Shown here piece after piece: positions 26,773 to 34,977 of a DNA stretch of 64,000 bases. This stretch comes from Lachnospiraceae bacterium (GTDB lineage Bacteria; Bacillota; Clostridia; Lachnospirales; Lachnospiraceae). The notes beneath the pieces were generated by a model. That model did no database searches and was not told where the DNA came from. It saw only the letters and a list, made by a program, of their open reading frames with translations. How positions within the stretch are numbered: the stretch's first letter is position 1; every line of letters begins with the position of its first letter. Position numbers and translations under genes: made by a program. The stretch lies in NCBI GenBank assembly GCA_045629005.1, contig JAZQQJ010000025.1:1636-65635 (forward strand). Reading direction: 5' to 3'.

Positions 26773-27830
26773 AAGACGACAAACCGAAGAAACTAATCAT
26801 TCTGTATATATTGGAAATTCTCAGGCGTTACACAGATGATACGCATTTTTTGAATAACAAGGATATCCTTGATATTCTCAAGAGAGATTACGACATGGCT
26901 GTCGATCGTAAATCCGTCAAAAATAACCTCGACACGCTTATTGATGCGGGGTTTGACATCCTTTACGACGAGGTTCCCCGTGTATATTCGGCCGGCGAAG
27001 AAGAAACACCTGATGATGCGGACGAAAGAAACATCCGTAAAAACTTCCGTATTGAAAGGGATATAACCGACAGTGAGCTTCGTCTGTTAATCGACTCAAT
27101 ACTTTTCTCCAAAAACATCCCCGTAAAACAGCGTACGAGCCTCATACAGAAGCTGGAGGGGCTTTCCAGTACATATTTTCGTTCCAGCATAAAGCACATT
27201 GCCACAGTGCCTGTTTCCGGAGAAAAGAACAAGGAACTGTTTTACAACATCGATATTATCGATGAAGCTATTTCCGAAGGCAAACAGATCGAATTCAATT
27301 ATCTCGAATATCACACCGACCAGAAGCTTCATCCTCGTATTACAAGAAATGCAAAGGTGCGCCGTTTTTCCGTCAACCCTTATTACATCGCTGCTACTAA
27401 CGGCAGGTATTATCTCATCTGCAACAACACATGGTTTGACAATGTGACGCACTTCCGTATCGACCGCATTACAAACATCCGCATTCTCAAAGCCGACGTT
27501 AAACCGGTTACGGAAGTAAAAGGGCTGGAGCATGGTTTCTCGCTTTCAAAGCACATGGCGGAACACATTTATATGTTCTCCGATGATCCCGTGAGAGTCA
27601 TCTTCCGTTTAAAGAAAACTCTTCTTTCAGAGCTTTTTGACTGGTTTTCCGGTGATATCACATTTACTGATGAAACAGAAGATGAAGTTACGGTTTCCGT
27701 TTTTGCCAGCGAGCAGTCAATGGAGCTATGGGCAGTACAATTTGCCAAATACGTCACCGTTCTTTCTCCCAAATCGCTTGTCGAAAGTGTAAAGAATACA
27801 CTTTCGGAGGCTGTTGAAAGATATAAATAA
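26769..27830 (+). CDS. WYL-domain transcriptional regulator (wHTH-WYL-WCX architecture)
   Basis: N-terminal winged HTH (LIILYILEILRRYTDD...KSVKNNLDTL). Central WYL-type segment (FSVNPYYIAATNGRYYLICN...FRIDRITNIRIL). ATGA overlap with the upstream gene. Confidence 0.75.
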   Translation: MKDDKPKKLIILYILEILRRYTDDTHFLNNKDILDILKRDYDMAVDRKSVKNNLDTLIDAGFDILYDEVPRVYSAGEEETPDDADERNIRKNFRIERDITDSELRLLIDSILFSKNIPVKQRTSLIQKLEGLSSTYFRSSIKHIATVPVSGEKNKELFYNIDIIDEAISEGKQIEFNYLEYHTDQKLHPRITRNAKVRRFSVNPYYIAATNGRYYLICNNTWFDNVTHFRIDRITNIRILKADVKPVTEVKGLEHGFSLSKHMAEHIYMFSDDPVRVIFRLKKTLLSELFDWFSGDITFTDETEDEVTVSVFASEQSMELWAVQFAKYVTVLSPKSLVESVKNTLSEAVERYK

Positions 27831-27875
27831 AACGAGATTATTCAGTCATCCCGAGAGCACAATTTGCTATTCATA

Positions 27876-27921
27876 CAAAAAAAGGACAGGGACTTTTTCA
27901 AGTCGGCCTGTCCTTATTTTT
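27876..27921. terminator. Bidirectional intrinsic terminator
   Basis: A-run, then a stem AAGGACAGG (27882-27890) / CCTGTCCTT (27907-27915), then ATTTTT. Sits between convergent genes. Confidence 0.65.
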
Positions 27922-27927
27922 AATTAA

Positions 27928-29727
27928 TTAGAACTCTCTCTTCTTTGTTGCAAAAGCTGCGAATGCTGCTGCAAGGAATGTAAGGAGGAGAACTTCACCG
28001 AGTCTGCTGTCGCCTGTCTTAGGTGTATTATCAGGATCTACAGAGATTCTGCCTTCACCTGCGAGGTTAGCATACTGAGCCTTTGTGATTGTAGGAAGCT
28101 TGCCGGAAGGTGTTTCTGTTTCAGCAAAGGACTTAACATAGTTTGCAAGGCAGAGATAATCTTCCATTACATAGTCCTTAACAAGCTCGCCGCCTGCAAA
28201 CATTGCAAAACCGTCACCAAGATTTCTGAGTGTATAGTTTGTACCTGCAATGTTGTACTTCTTTGCAAGATCAAGCTTCTCATACTTGCCTGTTTCATTG
28301 TTAAGAACCTGAACGTTCTGTACTCTGTACTGACCGTTGCCTGCGCTTACCCAGATGCCTGTTTCGTCTTCAACAACGTTTGCATTAACGTCTGTGTGGA
28401 TTTCATACTTAAGGCCTGCTGTATGAAGGAAGCCACCGCTCTCGCTGTTGCCTACGCCCTTGTAGGACCACTCAAGCATATCAAGAATCTGCTGACCTGT
28501 AACGGAAACGAGACACATAACGTTACCGAATGTATGAACTGTCTTACAGGTCTTATATGTAATTTCGCCTGCAGGAATGTCTGCACGGATGCCGCCGCCG
28601 TTCATGATGGCTACATCAACATCAAGGCCTTCAGTTTCTTTAAAGAGGTAGTAAATAGCATCTGCACAGAAATCACCAAGGTTTGTTTCCTGTGAACGGA
28701 TGAGACGGTTACCTGTTGCGGGATCGTATGCGAAGATGCCTTCTTCTGCATAACCGATTACTGTGCCGAGCTGGCCGTCAACATCTGCCATAAGCTTGTC
28801 AACGCCTGTCTTAACTTCTGCAACTGAACCTGTATATTCGGAAATAAGCTCTGTCTTAATGGAGAGGTCCTTACCGATTGTCATCTTACCAATGTTGCCA
28901 AGGTAACTTCCGGACTGTGTGAGAATAACTGTCTTTCCATCCTTGTCCTTAACTTCCTGTGAAACTACTGTAGAGTGTGAATGTCCGTCGATGAATGCTG
29001 CGAGGCCGGATACGTTAGCAATAATATCTGTGCTTCTCCAAGGAGCGGATTCGCCATCAATACCACAGTGACCAAGAGCAATAACGATGTCAGCGCCTGC
29101 TGCCTTAGCGTCGTCAATGCCCTTCTGAACAGATGCATAGAGAGCCTTACCGTCTTCGCCGCCATCGATAACGTATGCCCAATTACCATTTGCATCCATG
29201 AAGTACTTAGGTGTGGACTTTGTGATTGTTTCGGGAGTAGTGATACCAACGAAAGCAACCTTACAGCCGTTAAGCTCGAAAATCTTATAAGCGTCAACTA
29301 CGTTCTTTCCGTCTGCTGTCTTAAAGTTACAGGAAACGTAAGGAATCTTACCGTTGATGATTTCGAGTGCTCTGGGCATGTCATAGTCGAACTCATGGTT
29401 ACCCATTGTAGCAAGGTCATAGCCTGCTGCTTCCATAAGGGAAACAATAGCTGCACCCTTATCCATGGAACCATAAGCAGTACCCTGTACATGGTCACCT
29501 GCATCAACAAGAAGAACTGCCTTGCCTGCATCCTGAAGTTCCTTCTTCATAGCTGCAACGCCGTCATAAGAGATGGTCTTGTCAACGTAAGTGTGGACAT
29601 CGTTTGTGTAGAGAATGGTGATGTCATCCGAAGGTGCTGCTGCCTTCACGCTGTTAAGCGGAAGGAGTGAAATGAGGAGTGCTGCTGTTAAAATAGCTGC
29701 TCCCGCCTTTTTGAAAAAGCTTTTCAT
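27928..29727 (-). CDS. Secreted, cell-wall-sorted 5'-nucleotidase / metallophosphoesterase (UshA-like)
   Basis: ATG 29727 follows AAGGAGGA. Signal peptide ends ...LNSVKA. Metallophosphatase motifs NDVHTY, DAGDHVQG, GNHEFD and DGHSH. C-terminal TPKTG, then a hydrophobic helix, then KKREF. Confidence 0.85.
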   Translation of the reverse strand: MKSFFKKAGAAILTAALLISLLPLNSVKAAAPSDDITILYTNDVHTYVDKTISYDGVAAMKKELQDAGKAVLLVDAGDHVQGTAYGSMDKGAAIVSLMEAAGYDLATMGNHEFDYDMPRALEIINGKIPYVSCNFKTADGKNVVDAYKIFELNGCKVAFVGITTPETITKSTPKYFMDANGNWAYVIDGGEDGKALYASVQKGIDDAKAAGADIVIALGHCGIDGESAPWRSTDIIANVSGLAAFIDGHSHSTVVSQEVKDKDGKTVILTQSGSYLGNIGKMTIGKDLSIKTELISEYTGSVAEVKTGVDKLMADVDGQLGTVIGYAEEGIFAYDPATGNRLIRSQETNLGDFCADAIYYLFKETEGLDVDVAIMNGGGIRADIPAGEITYKTCKTVHTFGNVMCLVSVTGQQILDMLEWSYKGVGNSESGGFLHTAGLKYEIHTDVNANVVEDETGIWVSAGNGQYRVQNVQVLNNETGKYEKLDLAKKYNIAGTNYTLRNLGDGFAMFAGGELVKDYVMEDYLCLANYVKSFAETETPSGKLPTITKAQYANLAGEGRISVDPDNTPKTGDSRLGEVLLLTFLAAAFAAFATKKREF

Positions 29728-29865
29728 AAAAATCCTCCTTTGCCCCAACGGGCTTATGATATCTACATTTTCCTCGTTTTTGCACAAAAAGTAAATGGTT
29801 TCAAAGCATTATTTTAGTTATTTTTTAAATAATCCTTACATTTCTGTGACTTAATAGTATTTTTC

Positions 29866-29894
29866 TTGACTTTTTGTGTTTGCACGCGTAAGAT
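29866..29894 (+). promoter_or_regulatory. Candidate sigma-A promoter of the 162-aa protein gene
   Basis: TTGACT (29866-29871), a 17-nt spacer, then TAAGAT (29889-29894). Confidence 0.5.
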
Positions 29895-29958
29895 ACACGC
29901 ATACATTAAATGGATAATTTTTGGATAAAGATGAAAACCAAAGAAAGGAGACTTAATT

Positions 29959-30447
29959 ATGAAAGAATTTGTCTCACCCGAATTAACACCTATTGAAGAT
30001 CTTGTTGAAGGCGTATACGCTTTGAGTGGTGCTGAACCGCCTATGCGTTATAATTCCGATTGGTCTGCTTCTGCTGCAGGCATTTCTCACGATTCCGGAA
30101 GTCATACTGATTTTCATATCATTTTAAAGCATAATAGCGACTATGCATCCCCTGCAGGACGTCAGGTTGTAACAGAGTGGGTAACCGATTTTAAAATCAA
30201 TTCCTTCGAAACTGATTCCGGTTCATGTACTTATGAAATTACGAACGGTGGTTATGGTTTTAAGTTAACAACAACCAAAGGCTACAACAATCAAGGCGAA
30301 TCCGTTGACTTAAGAGTTCGACTCACCGGAGAAACTGAATATGGTCATACAGCTGTTGGAAAAAGTTCTGAAGGCACTATTCCCGAGAGTGACCATCATA
30401 TCACGTCTGGCCTTACATTAGTCAACTGGAATTATTTAGGAGAATAA
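29959..30447 (+). CDS. Hypothetical 162-aa protein, no signal peptide, leader-like acidic N-terminus
   Basis: AAAGGAG RBS. Begins MKEFVSPELTPIEDLVEGVYALSGAEPP, and the remainder is rich in Gly/Ser/Thr/Asn. I recognise no family. Confidence 0.6.
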   Translation: MKEFVSPELTPIEDLVEGVYALSGAEPPMRYNSDWSASAAGISHDSGSHTDFHIILKHNSDYASPAGRQVVTEWVTDFKINSFETDSGSCTYEITNGGYGFKLTTTKGYNNQGESVDLRVRLTGETEYGHTAVGKSSEGTIPESDHHITSGLTLVNWNYLGE

Positions 30448-30462
30448 ATAATTAGCATATTA

Positions 30463-30487
30463 AGCACCACATTTGTGGTGCTTTTTT
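30463..30487 (+). terminator. Intrinsic terminator/attenuator between the 162-aa gene and the ABC exporter
   Basis: AGCACCAC (30463-30470), loop ATTT, GTGGTGCT (30475-30482), followed by TTTTT. Lies 16 nt after the stop and 16 nt before the next ATG. Confidence 0.7.
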
Positions 30488-30502
30488 CAAATTTGAGGGA
30501 TT

Positions 30503-32281
30503 ATGGGAAAAAAAACTATATCTGATAAACTTAAAATTAACAAAATCATTGAAAAACTAAAGGACCTTCTTTGGCTTTGGCCGTTTGCCAAAAAAAACTT
30601 TTTCTTCATTATTGTTTTTTCTCTTCTAGGTCTTACAGGAACCGTCACAAGCCTTATTAATAGCCTCGTTTCAAAAGATTTGGTTGACATAATCACAGGT
30701 CACAAAACCGCAGAGTTATTAAAAACCTTCCTTCTTCTCATTGGAACAGCGGTAGTAACAACAATTATCGGTCAAATAAGCTCCATTATTTCTACCAAGA
30801 TCACACTAACCGTTCAGAATAAGTTTCAAGGAGATATTTTTGATAGTATTCTTTCAACAGAATGGGAAGCTCTGTCCAATTATCATTCGGCTGAATTAAT
30901 GATGCGATGGGGTGGTGATTCGTCCACTATTGCAAACAATGTACTTACTCTTGTTCCAAACATTATTAATTATTCTATTAGTGTAATTTCAGCCCTTATT
31001 ATTGTTCTTCAATATGATGTATCATTCGCCGTAATAACCCTCCTGTGTGTACCTATAAGTTTATTTTCTTCTCGCCTTTCTTTAAAACGCATGAGAAGCG
31101 GCAATATGGAAACTCACCAGTCGCAAACTAAGCTTTCATCTTTTTTGCAGGATACTTTCGGAAACATTCAAACCATAAAAGCCTTGGATATGATAAAGCT
31201 TTCATCCTCAAGGCTTCGTGAATACCAGCAAAACTCCGCAGATGCACGCATACACTACCAATGGCTTGTTGCTAAAAATTCGCTCATACTGACTTTAGTG
31301 TCATTATTAACAACGTATATTATTTACGGATGGGGAATATATCGTGTATGGTCTGGGGTTATTACTTATGGCACCATGACGCTTTTCCTTTCTTTATCAA
31401 ATACCCTTTCAAATTCGCTCCAATGCTTTGTAAGACTTCTCCCTACCACTGTTCAACTCGCCAATTCAGCAAAGCGCGTAAGAGAGCTTTGCGAGCTTCC
31501 TAAAGAAATCGATTCTTCGCGAAATGAAGTTGCCTTATTTTTTGAAAAGCATAAAGCAGAAGGAATCAGCCTCTGTGTCAGAGGGCTTTCTTATCAATAC
31601 CCTACCGGAACAGAAGTTTTTGCCGATGCATCCTTTGAAGCACATCCACATGAGATTATATCTTTCGTTGGTCCTTCAGGAGAAGGAAAAACCACTATGC
31701 TTCGTTTTCTTTTATCCATAATTAGGCCTCAATCCGGTAAAGGTTTTATTTGCGCAGGCAATTCCGTACCAGAAGATAACACTGACCAACTGACGCTGAA
31801 TGCTTCTGTTCGTCAGCTTATTGCATATGTTCCACAAGGTAACACAATGCTTTCGGGTACAATCGCTGATAATATGCGAAACGTAAATCCTGACGCTACT
31901 GATGAGGATATAATTAATGCTTTGAAAACAGCATGCGCATGGAATTTTGTTCAGAAACTTCCTGACGGAATTAATACCCCATTGCAAGAGCGTGGAGGTG
32001 GTTTTTCAGAAGGTCAGGCGCAACGTCTTTCTATTGCTCGTGCACTTATAAGGAAGTCACCAATTCTTCTTTTGGATGAAGCAACTTCCGCTCTTGATAT
32101 TGAGACAGAAAAAAAGGTTCTGACTAATATTCTCGAGGATGAATATCCTCGCACAACAATTGTCACAACCCATAGACCTTCAGTATTAAAAACATGCAAC
32201 AAAGTATATTCCATAAGAGATATGGGTTGCAAAGTTCTCACCGAAGAAGAAATCCACAAAATGCTTGTGGATTATATGTAA
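30503..32281 (+). CDS. ABC exporter (fused TMD-NBD, no C39 peptidase domain)
   Basis: 592 aa with 6 TM helices. Walker A GPSGEGKTT, signature FSEGQAQRL, Walker B ILLLDEATSALD. Confidence 0.85.
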   Translation: MGKKTISDKLKINKIIEKLKDLLWLWPFAKKNFFFIIVFSLLGLTGTVTSLINSLVSKDLVDIITGHKTAELLKTFLLLIGTAVVTTIIGQISSIISTKITLTVQNKFQGDIFDSILSTEWEALSNYHSAELMMRWGGDSSTIANNVLTLVPNIINYSISVISALIIVLQYDVSFAVITLLCVPISLFSSRLSLKRMRSGNMETHQSQTKLSSFLQDTFGNIQTIKALDMIKLSSSRLREYQQNSADARIHYQWLVAKNSLILTLVSLLTTYIIYGWGIYRVWSGVITYGTMTLFLSLSNTLSNSLQCFVRLLPTTVQLANSAKRVRELCELPKEIDSSRNEVALFFEKHKAEGISLCVRGLSYQYPTGTEVFADASFEAHPHEIISFVGPSGEGKTTMLRFLLSIIRPQSGKGFICAGNSVPEDNTDQLTLNASVRQLIAYVPQGNTMLSGTIADNMRNVNPDATDEDIINALKTACAWNFVQKLPDGINTPLQERGGGFSEGQAQRLSIARALIRKSPILLLDEATSALDIETEKKVLTNILEDEYPRTTIVTTHRPSVLKTCNKVYSIRDMGCKVLTEEEIHKMLVDYM

Positions 32282-33507
32282 TTATTCTCAACACGTTCTT
32301 TACATATAATTGCTGCCTCATCATCCATATTACATTGAAGTTGAAAAACATCTGTACATTTTACAACATTCTCAGCTATTTTTAGCAAAATATCAAGATC
32401 TTCAACCGACCAATTAGGACTGATAAAACGATGCATTATATGCGTCGTTTTTTCTTGTTCCGTCAATTCATTTATCTCGTTTTTTTCTGATTGTTTCAGC
32501 ATAACGATGGAACCCACTTCATATTTGCCTTTATTATACATTTCTGATGTTCCGCACCAAGGAAGACCGCAAATATAAGTTTTTCCGTTTTCAATATAAA
32601 TTAAATTGACATCTCCGTTAAAAATAACATTTTTAAAGAGTTTCACCCATAAAGAAGCATGCGTACTTTTACCAACACCAGACATTGCAGAAAATAAAAT
32701 AGCCTTATCCTTGTGAATTATTGAAGCAGAATGTAAAACCGTATAGCCACACTTCTGAGCAAAATATAAAAATACAAATCTTGTAGCTTCGTAAATCTCA
32801 TTCTTAATAATATCTTCATCGCCACTTGACATCCCTATTTCGGCGTACTTTCCATCTTTACTTATAAAAAGCCACCTAACAAATTTATGATTATTAAGAA
32901 ATGCAACGTATCCTGCACGAGCCTTGTGCAGGCACATTCTTTCATCAAACAAGAAATAAGAATGATGCATTGAAAATCTTTTCCCCACACCCCCTGACTC
33001 ATTCATACCATCACAACATTTCACAACAATTTTCTGAACATTCTTTACATCGCTCAAATCATCACTAAATAGTTCAAAATTGTCAGGGATTATTCTCTTG
33101 TCGCCATGTATTTCAATGCCAATTTCGCCGATTTTATACTTTCCAACAAGTGGTCTTTCCAGTTGGTCATAATAACTGTTTTCTCGTATTTCGAAGCCGC
33201 GTAATTCTTTTTCAAATTCATTCGCACTATACTCCAAAAACGCATTTGCAATCATCATTTGAACGGAAAACTCTTTAACTTTATCAGATACAAGTTTTTT
33301 TTCTTCTTCCCCTTCACATTCAAAAAATAAACAACTCTTCTCAACAAGTTCATCAAGCGTAATATCACTATCCAACAAATTCCATATGTCCGCTCCGGTA
33401 GAATTTAGATTAATCTCCTTCCGCATTCTTGCAGCTGCTTTCCCCGTAACAAGAAGATATGGTGCGCCGCTTATATATCTAAGTACAAAATCAGGGTTAC
33501 GTCTCAT
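32272..33507 (-). CDS. PqqD/RRE-like domain fused to HPr-kinase-like P-loop kinase domain
   Basis: ATG 33507 follows GGAGG. N-terminus reads NPDFVLRYISGAPYLL...STGADIWNLLDSDITLDELVEKSCLFF (PqqD-like). C-terminal part reads VLHSASIIHKDKAILFSAMSGVGKSTHASLW (HprK C-terminal-like P-loop). Confidence 0.6.
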   Translation of the reverse strand: MRRNPDFVLRYISGAPYLLVTGKAAARMRKEINLNSTGADIWNLLDSDITLDELVEKSCLFFECEGEEEKKLVSDKVKEFSVQMMIANAFLEYSANEFEKELRGFEIRENSYYDQLERPLVGKYKIGEIGIEIHGDKRIIPDNFELFSDDLSDVKNVQKIVVKCCDGMNESGGVGKRFSMHHSYFLFDERMCLHKARAGYVAFLNNHKFVRWLFISKDGKYAEIGMSSGDEDIIKNEIYEATRFVFLYFAQKCGYTVLHSASIIHKDKAILFSAMSGVGKSTHASLWVKLFKNVIFNGDVNLIYIENGKTYICGLPWCGTSEMYNKGKYEVGSIVMLKQSEKNEINELTEQEKTTHIMHRFISPNWSVEDLDILLKIAENVVKCTDVFQLQCNMDDEAAIICKERVENNYI

Positions 33508-33611
33508 AGTAAGCCTCCAAACATTTATCTTAATGATAATATCATTTTTAGCGAATAAAACCAATTAAGAAATCCTAACCATTTTTCATATAGCCTATTT
33601 TGAGACACTTC

Positions 33612-33640
33612 TTGCACATTTTGTCCAAGTCTTCTATAAT
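33612..33640 (+). promoter_or_regulatory. Candidate sigma-A promoter of the peptidase/lipoprotein genes
   Basis: TTGCAC (33612-33617), a 17-nt spacer, then consensus TATAAT (33635-33640). Confidence 0.55.
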
Positions 33641-33747
33641 CAAATTTGTTGTTATCTGTTCATTTAACGAACAATCAAAGCTATTACATTTTTGTCTTAC
33701 CACCACTTTTTTATGGTTTAAAATTTCTATTTATCAAGGAGCTCACT

Positions 33748-34185
33748 TTGGCTAAACTTGACGTTGAAAAAACACTTATGGCAGGATTGCCGGTTACATT
33801 CCCGCTCACCGGAATGAGTATGAATCCTCTTTTTATGGGCGGACGTGACTACATTACCGCCGAGCCCGTTCCGGAAGGTTATAAATTCAAGCGCTTGGAC
33901 GTAGTTCTTTACCGACGTGAAGGAAGTGTCCTTGTACTTCATCGTATATATAAGGTTAAGCCCGAAGGCTTATATCTTGTCGGAGACCATCAGAAGGAAA
34001 TTGAAGGTCCTCTCCCGTATAAACAGGTTCGTGGCATTATGACAAGTGCCATCCGAAAAGGAAAAACGCTTACGCTGAATGAAAAATGGTACAAGCTCTA
34101 CTCATGGGGATGGATGCTCATTCGCCCCTTCAGACTTCCTATCCTTAATCTTTACGTGAAGATTAAGCTCAAAGTAAAGAAATAG
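33748..34185 (+). CDS. S24/S26-family serine peptidase (signal-peptidase/LexA-like fold), ~145 aa
   Basis: TGMSMNPLF (catalytic Ser context), DVVLYRR, VLVLHRIYKV, LVGDH. TTG 33748 lies 7 nt after AAGGAG, with ATG 33778 as the alternative. Track start 33646 lies at or upstream of the predicted TSS. Confidence 0.6.
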   Translation: MAKLDVEKTLMAGLPVTFPLTGMSMNPLFMGGRDYITAEPVPEGYKFKRLDVVLYRREGSVLVLHRIYKVKPEGLYLVGDHQKEIEGPLPYKQVRGIMTSAIRKGKTLTLNEKWYKLYSWGWMLIRPFRLPILNLYVKIKLKVKK

Positions 34186-34288
34186 CGTTTAAAATAAACG
34201 CATAACATAAACCAAACACAACGTACATTTTATGTACAAGCATAATTCAAACATAATGTTTAAAGCAAACACCAAGGAGCAATTGCTA

Positions 34289-34849
34289 ATGAATAAGCTC
34301 AAAAAAGCAGCATCTGTGTCTCTAATCCTTTTTATGCTGACATCTCTTTTGGCATGCGGCACAAAATCAGGTTACAGACACACATTGAATACAATAGACG
34401 ATAATTTAAATCTGGATTTTGAGTTCCTCCAGAAAATGGACGATGTCGACCTCACCGCATATCACGCATATGAGGATACTGTGACTACAGACTATGTTTC
34501 TGACGCGTATTGGGACGAATACAAGAGTGATGGCGAATATGTTCTATACTCCGTGTCTCCGTTCCCAAACTACACATCCGAAAGCATTTACGTTACAAAG
34601 ATTTATATTTCCGACCCCAACGTCTCATTCTTCGGATGCACTCTGAATTCCGGCTCGTCCGCCATTCAGGAAGCCTTTGAAAAAGCGGGCTTCACCGTTG
34701 AAAACAAGTTCCATAACGGAGCAACAAGAATTACTGCAGACCTTGGAAACGGAATGGTAATGGGCGTATATATTTCCGCAACAGAAAGATATTTTGCAAT
34801 TGCCGCAAAGGTATCCGAGAATTCAAGGCTTATAATCGACTGGAGATGA
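34289..34849 (+). CDS. Lipoprotein of unknown function
   Basis: ATG 34289 follows AAGGAG. MNKLKKAASVSLILFMLTSLLACG contains a lipobox. No recognisable domain. Confidence 0.65.
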   Translation: MNKLKKAASVSLILFMLTSLLACGTKSGYRHTLNTIDDNLNLDFEFLQKMDDVDLTAYHAYEDTVTTDYVSDAYWDEYKSDGEYVLYSVSPFPNYTSESIYVTKIYISDPNVSFFGCTLNSGSSAIQEAFEKAGFTVENKFHNGATRITADLGNGMVMGVYISATERYFAIAAKVSENSRLIIDWR

Positions 34850-34887
34850 CAGTCATTTCATAGCGCGACTCACAAATTATTACCTTC

Positions 34888-34934
34888 AAAAAAACACGGC
34901 CATCACCTTTAACGGGTGAAGGCCGTTATTTTAT
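34888..34934. terminator. Bidirectional intrinsic terminator
   Basis: A-run, then a stem ACGGCCaTCACC / GGTGAaGGCCGT (one mismatch), then TATTTTAT. Sits between convergent genes. Confidence 0.55.
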
Positions 34935-34977
34935 AAAGTCAGAAATGGTAGCCATTTTATCGACCACTTTTCTTTTA

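Noticed and set aside
29866-34185. Canonical lasso-peptide (paeninodin-like) gene cluster
   Set aside because: PqqD-like and HPrK-like elements are present. No Asn-synthetase-like cyclase, transglutaminase-like leader protease or short precursor ORF could be found in the cluster or its intergenic regions.
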